This document shows, piece after piece, positions 48,601 through 60,871 of a stretch of DNA of 64,000 bases. The position numbers and the translations under genes were made by a program. Source of the stretch: Curvularia clavata (Eukaryota); the NCBI GenBank assembly GCA_023920165.1, contig CP089279.1:372001-436000 (forward strand), written 5' to 3'. The first letter of the stretch is position 1. Each line of letters starts with the position of its first letter. The notes beneath the pieces are model-generated. The model was given only the letters and a program-made list of their open reading frames with translations. It was not told where the DNA came from and ran no database searches.

Positions 48601-50600
48601 AGGTTGAGATCCGAGCAGCTAAGATCAGACTGGTCAGCGCAGTCTCTAATCAGGCTAAGGATATATGGCTTGAAGAGACTGGAACAATACAGCTAAAGAA
48701 AGGCGTAAATCGCATGTGGATCGGTTGCAACGTAGGTAATCCTCTGTTGGTTTATGCACATAGCTAACTAGTTTACAGGTGAATACTATTGGACCATACA
48801 TGGTAGATAGGATCGTGTTGGAAGCCAAGCGCATCGTCTTCGTGCACGAACCTCTCCAAAAGACTGAAGCAACGACGCCCCTTGGTATCATTACATCCGT
48901 ATCTGCGCATTCGCTCAAAGCAGCCAAGAAGGCCAGGATCCTGTGCTTTCCACGTAGCGAGGCCTTTCAAGCACGCATTTACCTTTCGCATTTGATTAAC
49001 ATTGACAAGCCACGTCATATCGAGGTTGAGTTTTCTAGTGGTTGGAATGCGATAACGCGGGCAGACATCCGTCTCAAATCTGCTTCTGCAGGGCTGCGAC
49101 TGCGTACAGCAGACGCCACTGTCGAGGCTGGTGACATCAAGCTCGGGGACAGCAAGCAGACTCCTGGTGTTATCACGATTGGCGGGATGGCAGCTGAGTC
49201 TTCGGCAACGCTGAAAGTGCCTTATGATATGGAGACAATCTTACAGGACCTCACTGTCAAGATTGACATTGACTACAACACCGAAAATGGCCAGTTCCAG
49301 TATACCTCGTCTTTTGTTATTCCTGTTGAGTTACCACTGGACGTCAATGTACACGACCATTTCAAGAGCAAGTCGTTGTTCTCGAAATTCAACATCAAGA
49401 CTGCCAACCTCATCCCACTGGAGCTCTTGGGCGTTTCTCTAGAAGGATCCGAAGAGTTTGACGTTCATGCGCCCAAGCAACCGAAGGAGTCGCTCCACGT
49501 CTTTCCAAAACAGCCAGTGGCGGTCACATACAAAGTTGTGAAGAAGACCATGGATGCTGCGCAGAAGCGAAGAAGCCGGATCAGTATGACTGGCAGTCTA
49601 TCACTATCTGTCACGTATCGTTGTCTCAATGAGGATGTGCTGGATCGTATGCGAAAGTTATTTGCAGAGGCTGTGGAAAATAGCCCAGTTCACCGTTTGG
49701 CTCGCTTGTTGACTGAGACTTTTATTGGTCATCTCGAACATGGTATTCTGCCACAGCAGTACGAAAAGATGGCGTTACTAGGACGGCTTGATCTTGGTGC
49801 CTTCGAGGATATGGGGTGGGCCGACTGTCTTGAGAGTCTACCGCTTGTCATCCGTGATGATACGCAGACATGGCTACAGAAGTGGCATGAAGTGAGTAAC
49901 ACAAAGCATCCGTCACTCCACAGACGCTAATATATGGCTACAGAAAAACAGAGTAGTTTCTCTTGAGAAAGATGCTCAATCAAATGCCAGGCATCATGTC
50001 ATCGCGCCTCCATCGCCCAACCCACCGCGACGCATGATCATCACAGTATCCATTCCACAAACACACATCCTGCACACAGCCTCTCTCACCTTGAATTCAC
50101 CCTCTACCGCCGCCCATCCTCCCATTGCAACCGTCGGCCAACCTCTCATGACCACTCTCCGCATTTCGCATACCCGCCGCTGGGCCTCATCCACCAGCCT
50201 CGTTTCCGCCGCCAACCTCGACGACCCCACCGACCCCATCGACTTCGTCTACACCATAGACGCAAACCCCGACGTCTGGCTCGTCGCCGGCCAACGCCGC
50301 GCCCATTTTTCCGCTACAGAAGACCAAGAGCACGAATGGCCTATTGTCCTCATACCCCTTCGGCCTGGAAACACGCTCTTGCCCAATATCGATATTCGAC
50401 CGAGGATCAAGCCAAAGGCGGAGAAGGCCAAGGCTGATGAGCAAGCTGAGATTTTGAATTGTGAGACGGATAATTTGAGCTTTGGGGATGCAGTGATGGT
50501 GGTGCAAGATGTGAGGAGTAGTACGGTGGGAGTGGGAGATATGGGCGCGGGTAGTGCGAGGAGTGTGGTTTGGTTGGAGAGCAGTGGAGCGGGGGTATAG
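45622..50600 (+). CDS. TRS130: TRAPP II subunit Trs130/TRAPPC10, multi-exon
   Basis: ATG 45622 (alternative 45703). SKVT|VEYHDPSG, LPLRNLHWK, LRQTPYLKIY, PGWNFNTFFILKEGLA, VGLVEDAL..YDEL, C-terminal WLVAGQRRAHF...LIPLRPG. Consecutive ORF pieces are joined by short GT-AG introns. Confidence 0.88.
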
Positions 50601-52421
50601 TTTGGTAGTGGGGTTGATGATAGCATTGGTTTTATGATGATGGAGACTTGAGAGTAAGAGGGTGATGCTGGTAGTAGTTCAAAGCAAATTCACATATGAT
50701 ATCAATTTGTGTGCTGGATATCCGAAGTACAGTAATGATTGGGATAGGAGCAAAACGCATTGTGAGTGACTAACATGTCGGACGATACGTGAGAAGAAGG
50801 GTTCAGTTTGGGTGGGGCTGTAGTATTGAGGAAATGGGTAGATCAGGTAAAGGATGGTCAAGGAGATAGAAAAACAGTGCGTTTAGATGTGCATTCTTGC
50901 TCTGAGGCAGCCTTTACGTATGATCAATATGTGCGTCTATAGTCATGCATGGCGGATCATTTGATGAAATGCCCACCCAAACTTCGGTTTCTTTGTCCTT
51001 TGAAACATACGTCCGCTGGATATCACTAATGAAGGGACAAAATATAATACTGCAGGTCCCGTTAATCTTATGACTCTATTTTCTTTACCAAAATGCAGGC
51101 CTCAAACGACAAGGTTAGATTTAGTCTCGTATGATGGCTTGATACCATTCCAATCCCGTATATGTATACGAAGCTGAATCAGAATGGGTACGAGAGTAAG
51201 CATTCCCGTTAAATAGAGCCGAATACTTGGCCAAAATCGTGAAAGGCTTCAATCTCACTGTTTCTTCTGGGAAATATTCTTGTAGCATGCAGTTATATAG
51301 GTTGTACTTAAAAGAAAGGAGAGCCTGGCCTCCATTGCACCGCATGAAGAGCAGCTAAATAGAGGTAGCGAGTGACGAGCATGGTCGACATTAACATTGT
51401 AAGGTGGAGGACCAGGTAAAATGTAGTTCCGACACGTTTTTGACATCGGAAGATGAAGCAATCTGAGTCAATAGCGATATGAAGAAATGAAGATTTATAA
51501 TTCGCTCGATTTCTTTTACATGGCGTCGACAAAGCGCCTGTTCTGGTCAACATAACGCCAGCGTGACAGATGCATTTCCACCATCTAAGTAGGACTAGCA
51601 GCACCAGTAAAAAGGCACAAGCCTACCAAACCATGACGTATTCGCAATTAACAACCAGCGCTCATGCAATTACTCCCACCGCCACACCAGCGCCCCAATG
51701 TCTCGCCGACAAATCCTCTTGGCACCCAACCTTGCAGCCAAGAGCAGCGCTGAAACAAACCACCTAACTGGCGCAAAATGCCCTTCCTCTCCTTGAAACA
51801 TTCTCCCCAATTTAAACAGTTGGCGTTAATCACCTTGCACGCTAGTACAAACAACCCATCTCCACCGCTGGCATCATCAGCCACCGGAAGTTTACATCGA
51901 GCCCTGACGCAATTTACACGGCTCTCCCTAACCCTCCCCCCATAGGACAAATCCCCTTTGCCATTAAATTCCACGGCTGTTCCACCTATCGCACCATCCG
52001 TATTTCGACTCCAGTTCCGCGATATTGATGGGGGAGTTTTTTTTTTACCCGGCGGGGAGCGCCATTCACTCGGCGATGCGGATGGCGGATGGGCGGTGTT
52101 CGGGAAGATTGTGAGCGGGCGGGTCCCGCTACAATCAATTTAACGGAGAAATTCCAAAAAGATTGAGATGTGCGTGCGTGTCAGTTTAATGGAGGGGAGG
52201 AAATGGCGCCCCACCACCGCAAGAAATCTGGGGTAGTAGGGCTGGGCAAGATCCACACGTGGTACTAAATAGATGGATACGGGGGAGTTTGGTATAAAGA
52301 GAAGGGGGGCAAGAGCAGAGGACCCATTGTATTTAGTCGCCTTTTTTTCGCTCTTTTTTTTTGCCTTCTCTGTAGAGTCCCGCCTAGTAGAGACTGAGAT
52401 TCTGAGAACACGATTGAAAAG

Positions 52422-53285
52422 ATGTTGTCGAGCATGATGCAGCACTGGGCGATACCGCTTGCCATTCTCTCCTTTTGTACGCAAAACCACATGTGCACCG
52501 CCAGCCCAACATTTCAAAACTAACAACATTCTACAGTCCTCTCCTTCGCCCACGGTCTCCCCCACGATGCTTCTCTCGTCGCCCGCAAGACAACAAGCCT
52601 GCGCGTCCTGCCTCTTGGCGACTCGATAACCTGGGGCTACATCAACGGCGGAGGCTCCAACGGCTACCGAGAGCGCCTTCTTTCAGACCTGAAATCCGGT
52701 GGCTACACCGTCGACTTTGTCGGAACCCAGAAATCCGGCACCATGGCCGACAAGGACAACCAAGGTTTCCCCGGATACACCATCTCGCAAATCCGCGGTG
52801 TCGCTAGCGGCGGTCTGGCATTCAAGCCCAATGTCGTCTTACTTCACGCTGGCACCAACGACTTGAACAGGGGAAATCCGGCGTCGGAGCCTGATGCGGA
52901 TGCGCCGCGTCGTCTGGGCTTGTTGATCGATGATGTGCTCAAGGCGGTGCCGAACGCGGTTGTTATCGTGGCCAAGATTATTCCGTCGAAGAAGTCTGGA
53001 CTTAATGCGACTATCAAGACATTTAACAACGCATTGCCGGCGATTGTGGCGGCCAGGGCGAACAAGGGCTCCAAGGTTTCGCTCGTGGATATGAGTGTCC
53101 TGGGCACGAACGAGTTGAGCGATGATTTGCATCCGTAAGTGCTGATTCTTTTCTTTTTACGACAAGGTTACGAAAGAGGGATTGGATGAGCTAACTGGTT
53201 TAATAGCAATGCTGCTGGATACTCGCACATGGGTGATATCTGGTACGCGGGTATCAAGGCTGCGGCCAACTCTATTCCTGCTTAG
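52422..53285 (+). CDS. Secreted SGNH/GDSL esterase (carbohydrate esterase family 3-like), 3 exons
   Basis: Signal peptide; introns 52477-52536 and ~53135-53206. Blocks LPLGDSITWG, GYTISQI, LLHAGTND, DDLHPN. Confidence 0.88.
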
Positions 53286-53851
53286 GCGTTTGGGTCCTCT
53301 TGGGGTCCGCAAGGCTCGAGATGCCGATGTAGAGTTGTAAATGGATGAAAAATGCAAAGTTCAATTGAATTGAAGTTCCCGGCTTGATTCCGTCCTTGCT
53401 CTTACATGTTTAAATGCTAGAATTGATGCAAATCTCGATTTTTATTTACCGCTTATTCCTAGAGATTGATTGTTGATTCAAAAGGCTGAGCAAATTCGAG
53501 CTACTGTTGATCCTGTATGTCAAAGGAGGAGTCCTAGGTACAGTCTCGGGATCTAAACAAGACCATCAACAAGAGATGTGATATGTAATGCTAAGCAGAT
53601 TTGAAGTTTGTTACTGTGCTTGGTACAACATGCGCTATGTTGATGCAGTGGGATCATGGTAGGTGCCAGATTACTGTCCTTGGAGGCCCAGACGGATTGC
53701 GAAAGAAAGTGCGTATTCCCACAAGAGCGAAGTGTATAGAGGAAACGTGAAGTATATGCTGTGATGTTACAAATGGTCTAATCAAAGAGTAAACATACCC
53801 CTCTACTAACGCATCTCTATCACTGTCTATATCCCATGAACAACTAGGTTT

Positions 53852-54943
53852 CTACTTGGCAATCTCGACACCACTAGTGGCACCTGCGTATAACGTCAGT
53901 CCGATACCCTCAGAAAACGCGTTCAGAAGACTTACCCAACGCTCTCTTGATATCACCATAGATGGCAAACTGCCCCGCTGTCAAACCGCCCACCATGAAA
54001 AGACGAGTCGGCAGACCCGTAAACGAGCCACGGATACCCAGCTCGCCCGCAATCTTAATCAGACGAGAGAGGGTGCTCTCACCCGGAAGAGCCTTTGTCT
54101 TGTTAATCTTGGACAGCATGGTATCAGCCGGCTGCGAGACAATGGCAGCAGCGAAACCAGAGAGAAGACCAGAGCCCAGGTTGACGGTTGTCTGTGCGCC
54201 GTTTGACATGGTGGACTTGTCGAACATGGCGAAGATGGACTCAGAGATTTTTTCGAAAGCGACGAATTTGGTAATTGTGTAGGGGACCCTGTTAAAGCTC
54301 AGTTTGTGCCCTTCTTCTGGCTGGATAGCAGAGTGAGTGGTTAGGAAATAGCGTACTGTTTGAAAAGAATTGGACCAAATCCAGAGTAGAAAGCGCCAAT
54401 GCCTTCATTCTTCAGAATCTTTCCAAACCCTCCAATCAGGCCATTGGCGAATCCAGGCGTTGAGACAAGCCGGATACGAGTAGCCTCGAGGGGACAAAGG
54501 GCAATCGAAGCAAAGAACTCGGCGCAACCAGCAGAAACAGAGTACACTGCCGCACGATGCTGACGTGCCTTTTCAAGACCCAGGAGATCAATGGATTGCT
54601 TCTTGAAGAACTCGTAGCCGCCGAATTTGAAAGCGCCTTGCATGAAGTATCCGGCAAAGGTAGGACCAAAGCCTGTGAGGAGAGCGCGAGCACCTTCGTT
54701 CTGGATCACCTGGCGGAACCCGCCAATCATGCCACGGTTGTAGGTCGCAGGGTCGAGCTGGATCCTGGTCTTGACTCTATGTGATGTTTGTTAGGAGGGG
54801 ATCAAGCGAGAGACGGCGGAAACTTGCACGTCAACGGGCGTAAAGGCACCGTGGGTAACGGAGCAGCCGAGAGCACCAGCGAAAGCAAAGCGAGCGTAGA
54901 GGTCGACGCCCTCTGGGGCTTTGGGCTGGATCTGCTTGGCCAT
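53852..54943 (-). CDS. MIR1: Mitochondrial phosphate carrier (SLC25), 4 exons
   Basis: [20 protein letters not shown] (across a GC-AG intron), [58 protein letters not shown]. Confidence 0.9.
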
Positions 54944-55578
54944 GGTGGTGATTACTGCGCTACAGTGACAAACAAAAGTTGCTTTGAGGAAGAAGAAAGT
55001 CAGAAGACGGGCCGCAATGCTATATCAATAAATGCACATCGCGGAAACCGGACGAATTAGAGTCGGAAAAGGAGGAGCGTGCATTACAGGCCCCCAACAC
55101 GACACATGGCATTTTTAGCTTTGATACGATGGCACCGGTGTGGAGCGCCCTTTTCTAGAAGGACGAACAGCTGATTGCCTGTATCGGGGCAAGCCATTCC
55201 GAGGGGGTTGCATGCTGCAGCTAATGTTTGGCCTATAAAAGTATGGCAGATGGTTGTGCCCTTGTGATGAGGCTCTCGGGTCCGACTGCCAGCTTAACTC
55301 CGCTCGTTATGTCCGAGGCAATGCAGGTGAAAATGCTTGCTAACTATAAAGAACGCGAATCAGCAGCTTATGTGGATTCAAAGTCGCGCGTAAATGAGGA
55401 AGTCACAGAGGAAAATAGTGGCAGGAGTGCCATGGTGAAGTGAAATTATTTGTTTGAGCTGATGAGTGTTGCTACCAGGGATTCGGTGAACCCGTTTTAC
55501 CATAACGCCGTCGCTTGAGATTATAATGCAAAATGTTCACTTTCGGGATCGTGCTCGTAGCCCTTGTCCTTGGTGCTC

Positions 55579-55953
55579 TTAGTCCTTGGGGAGCATCTCC
55601 TGCTCGCTACCGTCCCTGGGCACGTAGTTGATGCCGGCACTCTCAATCAGACCAACAATGTCATCGGGCAAAATGCCTTCGACCTGGCAAGCATAAACGC
55701 CTGGCTGGTAGCCCTCGAGGCGCTGATACCTGGCGACCCAACTCTTGGAGGTATCTGCGACAGTGATGAGGCCTTCGAAGACTTGTGAGGTGCAGTCGTT
55801 GATCTGCTCAGGGTTGCCGGTGAGCTCGAGAAATTCCTCGCAGTTGGGGCAGCCTTGGGTGAGGAACTGCTGCTGGGTTCGGACAATGGAGCAGACCATG
55901 CAGGCGCGCATGTTGCGCTGCTGGTTCGGGGGAATGTACGCGCCGCCGGACAT
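55579..55953 (-). CDS. SPT4: Transcription elongation factor Spt4
   Basis: MSGGAY...RACMVC...GCPNC zinc ribbon, [29 protein letters not shown]. Confidence 0.95.
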   Translation of the reverse strand: MSGGAYIPPNQQRNMRACMVCSIVRTQQQFLTQGCPNCEEFLELTGNPEQINDCTSQVFEGLITVADTSKSWVARYQRLEGYQPGVYACQVEGILPDDIVGLIESAGINYVPRDGSEQEMLPKD

Positions 55954-56769
55954 GTCTTCTTCGAGGACTGCGTTCTCGGGTGTATTGCTGAGATCTTGGT
56001 GTTTACCGCGATGGCGACGTGCAGCGCGTGAGCGTGGCTGGGGATCTGGCTGATGGCTGGTGACAGAATCGGGAGAAGGCGGTACGGGAGCCTCGATGAC
56101 GGGAGGAGCAAAGCGGGTGTTGGAGTTCACAGGGAACAGAAGGTCCTGGAGGGTGCTACCGCTGCTTTGTTCCACGGCTCCAGAAGCTTGGCAAGGCTGA
56201 GGGCTTGGGCCGGGCTCTGCTGCTTTAGAGAGGTTTAGTAGCTCGCGTGAGGTCGCCGCCGCATCGCCATTGTGCAGCCCATGGCCGGCGCTGTGTCGTG
56301 CGCTTATTGTAGCACTTCGGACCCAGTTTGCATGGCGGATATTGCACTGCCTGCCGCCGAACTGAACTCACCATGATTGGCATCAGCCTTGCTGGCTCTG
56401 TTGCGTCGTCTTGAGGTCGTCTTGACCGTTGCCGTACCCTTGCGGGCCATTGGACGGCTAGTTGAGTGCTGGGATCGCTAGCTGGTTGCGGCGGCGGCGC
56501 TGGGGAGAGGCTAGGCGGGTGGCAAGGCGAGACGAAGCGACCGAGGGCGGGACCGAATTGATTGATAACTTTTGGCGGGCAGTGCGGGCAAACAGTCTTC
56601 TCCATCTTCTTACGTGCGTCATTGTTTGTTGCTGCCTTCTCACGCACTGTCCGCTTGCCCTCCAAGCGCAACCTGTGTCTTAAGTCGCGCTTACCCTGCA
56701 GTTGCAAAACTTTGTACCTCGCATTCCTCCGGCCCGCTCCGTCACTTAACTTATCCACACACACACACC

Positions 56770-58360
56770 ATGGGCAGCCCGCCAGAGGACGCTGTCAAGC
56801 TCAAGGACCAGGGCAACACTGCCTTCCGCAACCAGGAGTGGGACAAGGCCCTTGAGTTCTACACAAAAGCCATAGAAGCATACGACGCAGAGCCTTCGTT
56901 CTACACCAATCGCGCCCAGGCACGCAGCCTGCTCTCTTGTCCCAACTGCTTGCTGACCGGCCCTCTAGACATATATCAAGCTCGAGCAGTACGGCTACGC
57001 TATACAAGATGCAGACAAGGCTATCGAACTTGACCCCAACAATGTCAAGGTACTTCCATATCCGCTTGCGCTGTCGTCAACCAATGTCGCTTACCCCACC
57101 ACCAACAGGCATACTACCGCCGCGCCTCGGCCAACACTGCCATCCTCAAGCACCGAGAAGCCCTTCGTGACTGGAAGCTCGTCGTAAAGAAGGCTCCAAA
57201 CGATGCAAACGCAAAGCTGCGCATGACCGAGTGCGACAAGGTGGTCAAGCGAGACGCCTTCCTCAAGGCCATCGAGGTTGAGGATGCGCCCTCTGCAGCA
57301 GAGGGTTTGGACCTGGAACACATGGTCGTCGATCCCTCGTACGACGGCGCAAAGCTCGAAGACAAGATGACGATTGAGTTCATCGAAGACATGATTGAGA
57401 GGTTCAAGAACGGAAAGAAGTTGGCGCGAAAATACGTCTACCAGATCATCATTGCTGTCATGGACATTGTCAAGAAAGAGCCCACCATGGTTGAGCACGA
57501 TGTTCCTGAGGGTCATGAAATCACAGTCTGCGGTGACACTCACGGTACGTTGTTGCAACCCAAATGGCATACCCCATTTGCTAACGAGGCTAGGCCAATT
57601 CTTTGACCTCATGGAGATTTTCCGTCTAGCTGGAAAGCCCTCAGAAAAGCATGCATTCCTCTTCAACGGTGACTTTGTCGATCGCGGCTCCTGGTCCACT
57701 GAAATTGCCCTGCTCCTGTACGCCTACAAGTGGCTGTACCCCAACTCTTTCTTCCTCAACAGAGGCAACCACGAGACAGACGACATGAACAGGATGTATG
57801 GTTTTGAGGGAGAGTGCAAGGCCAAGTACACCGAACGCGTATTCAAGCTCTTCTCCGAGTCCTTCTCCGCCCTCCCTCTGGCAACCCTTATCGGCAAGAA
57901 GTACTTTGTGCTCCACGGCGGTCTCTTCTCCGATGACAAGATTACTCTGGATGATGTGCGAAAACTGAACCGATTCAAGCAGCGCCAACCGGGACAGTCT
58001 GGTCTCATGATGGAGATGCTCTGGACCGATCCGCAGACCAGCCCAGGCCGAGGTCCCAGCAAGCGTGGCGTCGGCTTGCAGTTCGGACCGGATGTTACAA
58101 AGCGCTTCTGCGAGAACAACGGTCTCGAGGCCATTATCCGGTCGCACGAGGTACGCATGGAAGGTTACGAGGTCGAGCATGACGGACGCTGTATCACCGT
58201 CTTCTCGGCGCCCAACTACTGTGACAGCACCCACAACAAGGGTGCCTTTATCAAGATTGGCCCAGACTACAAGCTCAACTTTACGCAGTTCAACGCCGTG
58301 GCACATCCAAACATCAAGCCCATGGCATATGCATCACATGGCATGGCTGGCATGATCTAA
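56770..58360 (+). CDS. PPT1: Ser/Thr protein phosphatase 5 (TPR + PPP domains), 4 exons
   Basis: N-terminal TPRs (LKDQGN...YTKAIE, YTNRAQ), GDTHG|QFFD, FNGDFVDRG, RGNHE, RSHE, FSAPNYC. Confidence 0.95.
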
Positions 58361-58995
58361 TCACACTTGGAACCAATTGGATTCCGTCATTGTTCGCAGC
58401 GATGCATATTATGGTGTTCTTCGGCGCATCAGCATAAAAGGAATCGCTTGGGCTGTGTTTGATTATTCAGGATGAATTGGGATGGGATGCGGATGTACGA
58501 TTGTATTATAGCGACCTCAACGAGGGTCGATTCCATGTCGGTGCATGTAAAGAGTATCGGAATTCATAAATGGACATGTTTACGAGCAAATACCATGGAC
58601 CCAGCATCACGGATCGCGCATGGCAGATGCGTTGCCCCTCACATGCATGCGGCCCCACGCGTTGCATCCCAATGCGGTTAAATCTGTTGACAAACAGGGG
58701 TCGCGACTTCCCTCCGCCAACTTGCAAACAGAGCGTTGCTTGTTTCCGGTCCATCGCAAACACGACTCAAATATTGCGCATTGAAGCCTCCATCGCAGTC
58801 CATATGGTAGAAATGTGAAATTTTAAAAGTAGAGTCGTAAGTGCTAAAAAGATAGTAAACAGTAAGTAACCATGACAACTACAACTGCTTTTGATTGTAA
58901 ACTTAACAAGTACTGAGAAGGCAGAAATAAGGCATAACCGTGACAACTACCGCTACTTCTAGAGGCGGTCCATCTCGCTCGTTTGCGCAAACATA

Positions 58996-60246
58996 ATGTC
59001 GCCGTATCAACACCTCTTCTCTACGCACGCGGTCCTGAGCGTCTGGCGCAATCTTCGCAATACCAAAGACAACAGCGATCTACTTCTTACCTTCCAGTAC
59101 CAAGATGACTTTCGGGGACAAAAGAGCAAGAAATACGCCAAGGGGAACGTAGCAGAGAATACACAAGAGGTTACAGATGGAAAGGCTGTAGATGTTGGTG
59201 GGAAAAGCATAGGCTTCGTAGTGCCATGGAGGGCAATGCAGAGTCAGAGACGAGAGCTCAAGGAGAAGGAAAAGGAACTTGCCGAAGCCCTGGTGGCACT
59301 TGCTGGAGAAGTCGCTTTTACTGACCTTGCGCCAACTCTCCAATCCTCTCTTACCCAGAATCCACTGATCCAAATCCGCCACCTCGCAGCCGGCCTGTCC
59401 CGTCAGATGTCCAAAATAGAATTTCAAATGGTTGACAATGCTCCCTTTGCTGACGGCAAGAACCTGTACACCGGTGGAGAATTGGCATTGCGGTATCTGC
59501 CACCAATCCAGGCTCTTTTCAACCAGAACCCCGTCCCACAGCGCATGATATTCGAACTATTAATGGAACTGAAAGACCTCGTCTACATGGGCATGTCTGG
59601 CTGCACAAAAGAAGTTCTAGAATGGGAAGTAAACAACACAGGGACCAGCGCATTCGAAGAACTAGACGACGCCATCGTTCGAGCCATCACACCCACTCCA
59701 CGCACCCTCGACACCTCTTCCCCACAAATAGAAGGCGGAGACCTAGGCCCCGCCCGCCTCCTCCGCCGCAAAGCCTCCAGTCTTCTCTCCAAAGCACCTA
59801 AACAAGAGCACCAACCAGCCGCCGTCTCCTTCCTCCTCTCCGCCCAAACCCAACTCCTCTACTCCCTCGAATCCCTAGAAACAACAGCCCAAGCATGCAC
59901 CCGCTTACCCCTTCCCATGCCAGACTTTTGCGGTCATGCAATCATTTCCCTACGGCGTCTTGCGCCGCGTCCCGCTCTCACTGATTTCTCGCAGAAAAAG
60001 GGTCAACGAAACGCCCGCTGTGCGGAATTCGCGCGCTGCACAAAGTGGGCGGGGACAGAGTGGCGCCAAAACGGCGGGTGTAAAAGGGGTTGCAAGAATG
60101 AGGATGAGGATGAAGAGAATTTACCCAGTTGGCATCGCTCTAGTCGCTGGTTTGACGATGGCGGGAGTGGTACATGCATGGTGGGTGGTGGGAGGGCGGT
60201 CTTGAGGGAGGATGGGTTTGGAGTTGCTAGGATGACGGCTTCGTGA
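58996..60246 (+). CDS. Hypothetical protein (416 aa), no recognised domain
   Basis: Long uninterrupted ORF with a helical, Leu-rich middle and a Cys-containing C-terminal region; true start uncertain. Confidence 0.6.
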   Translation: MSPYQHLFSTHAVLSVWRNLRNTKDNSDLLLTFQYQDDFRGQKSKKYAKGNVAENTQEVTDGKAVDVGGKSIGFVVPWRAMQSQRRELKEKEKELAEALVALAGEVAFTDLAPTLQSSLTQNPLIQIRHLAAGLSRQMSKIEFQMVDNAPFADGKNLYTGGELALRYLPPIQALFNQNPVPQRMIFELLMELKDLVYMGMSGCTKEVLEWEVNNTGTSAFEELDDAIVRAITPTPRTLDTSSPQIEGGDLGPARLLRRKASSLLSKAPKQEHQPAAVSFLLSAQTQLLYSLESLETTAQACTRLPLPMPDFCGHAIISLRRLAPRPALTDFSQKKGQRNARCAEFARCTKWAGTEWRQNGGCKRGCKNEDEDEENLPSWHRSSRWFDDGGSGTCMVGGGRAVLREDGFGVARMTAS

Positions 60247-60871
60247 GTGAAGGGGATACTTGGAATATTATACCTTTGCTTTGGGTAATATTGTTGGATG
60301 GGGGTTCAAGGCGTTTTTTCTGTGGACACTTTGGAGGATCAGGATATGTGAACGAGGGCGTTGGGGGATATACCCGTTTTCTTTCAAGGTTTTGACTGCT
60401 TGGTCGATGATTTTGTATTTATAGTTCTTCTTTCCATGGACGATGGCATCTTATGCGATATGGCGATGGTAATGATCTGAATAATCACTGTGTTTTTACA
60501 CAAGGAAATTTTATTCGGAAAATGAAGTTTTGACAAGTTCAGCTTCTCTGAAGTTGCCGCTGGGCAATAAGCACTTGCAAAAATGCATGTCTTGCTACAT
60601 GGATATGATATAGCAATGTCGCTTCACTCGAACAGGTCGCCCAGGGTAACAGTCAAGATTTGAGGAAAACAAGAGACCGCATTGCGCCATGGACTACTCA
60701 TTCACGACGGAGACACTATCAAAACCTCGTAAGCAGCCAAGAAAAGACTCTTGAGCAATCATAGTTATATTCAAAAACATCTATACTGTCTGGTATCAAC
60801 CGTGTCCCTCAACATCATCAAACATGCCATGCATACATACACAAGCTCTTCACCTTCCCCATCGCACCACC

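Noticed and set aside
50650..52400. 1.7-kb spacer with short ORFs between TRS130 and the CE3 esterase
   Set aside because: No recognisable product, terminal repeats or transposase motifs; treated as intergenic.
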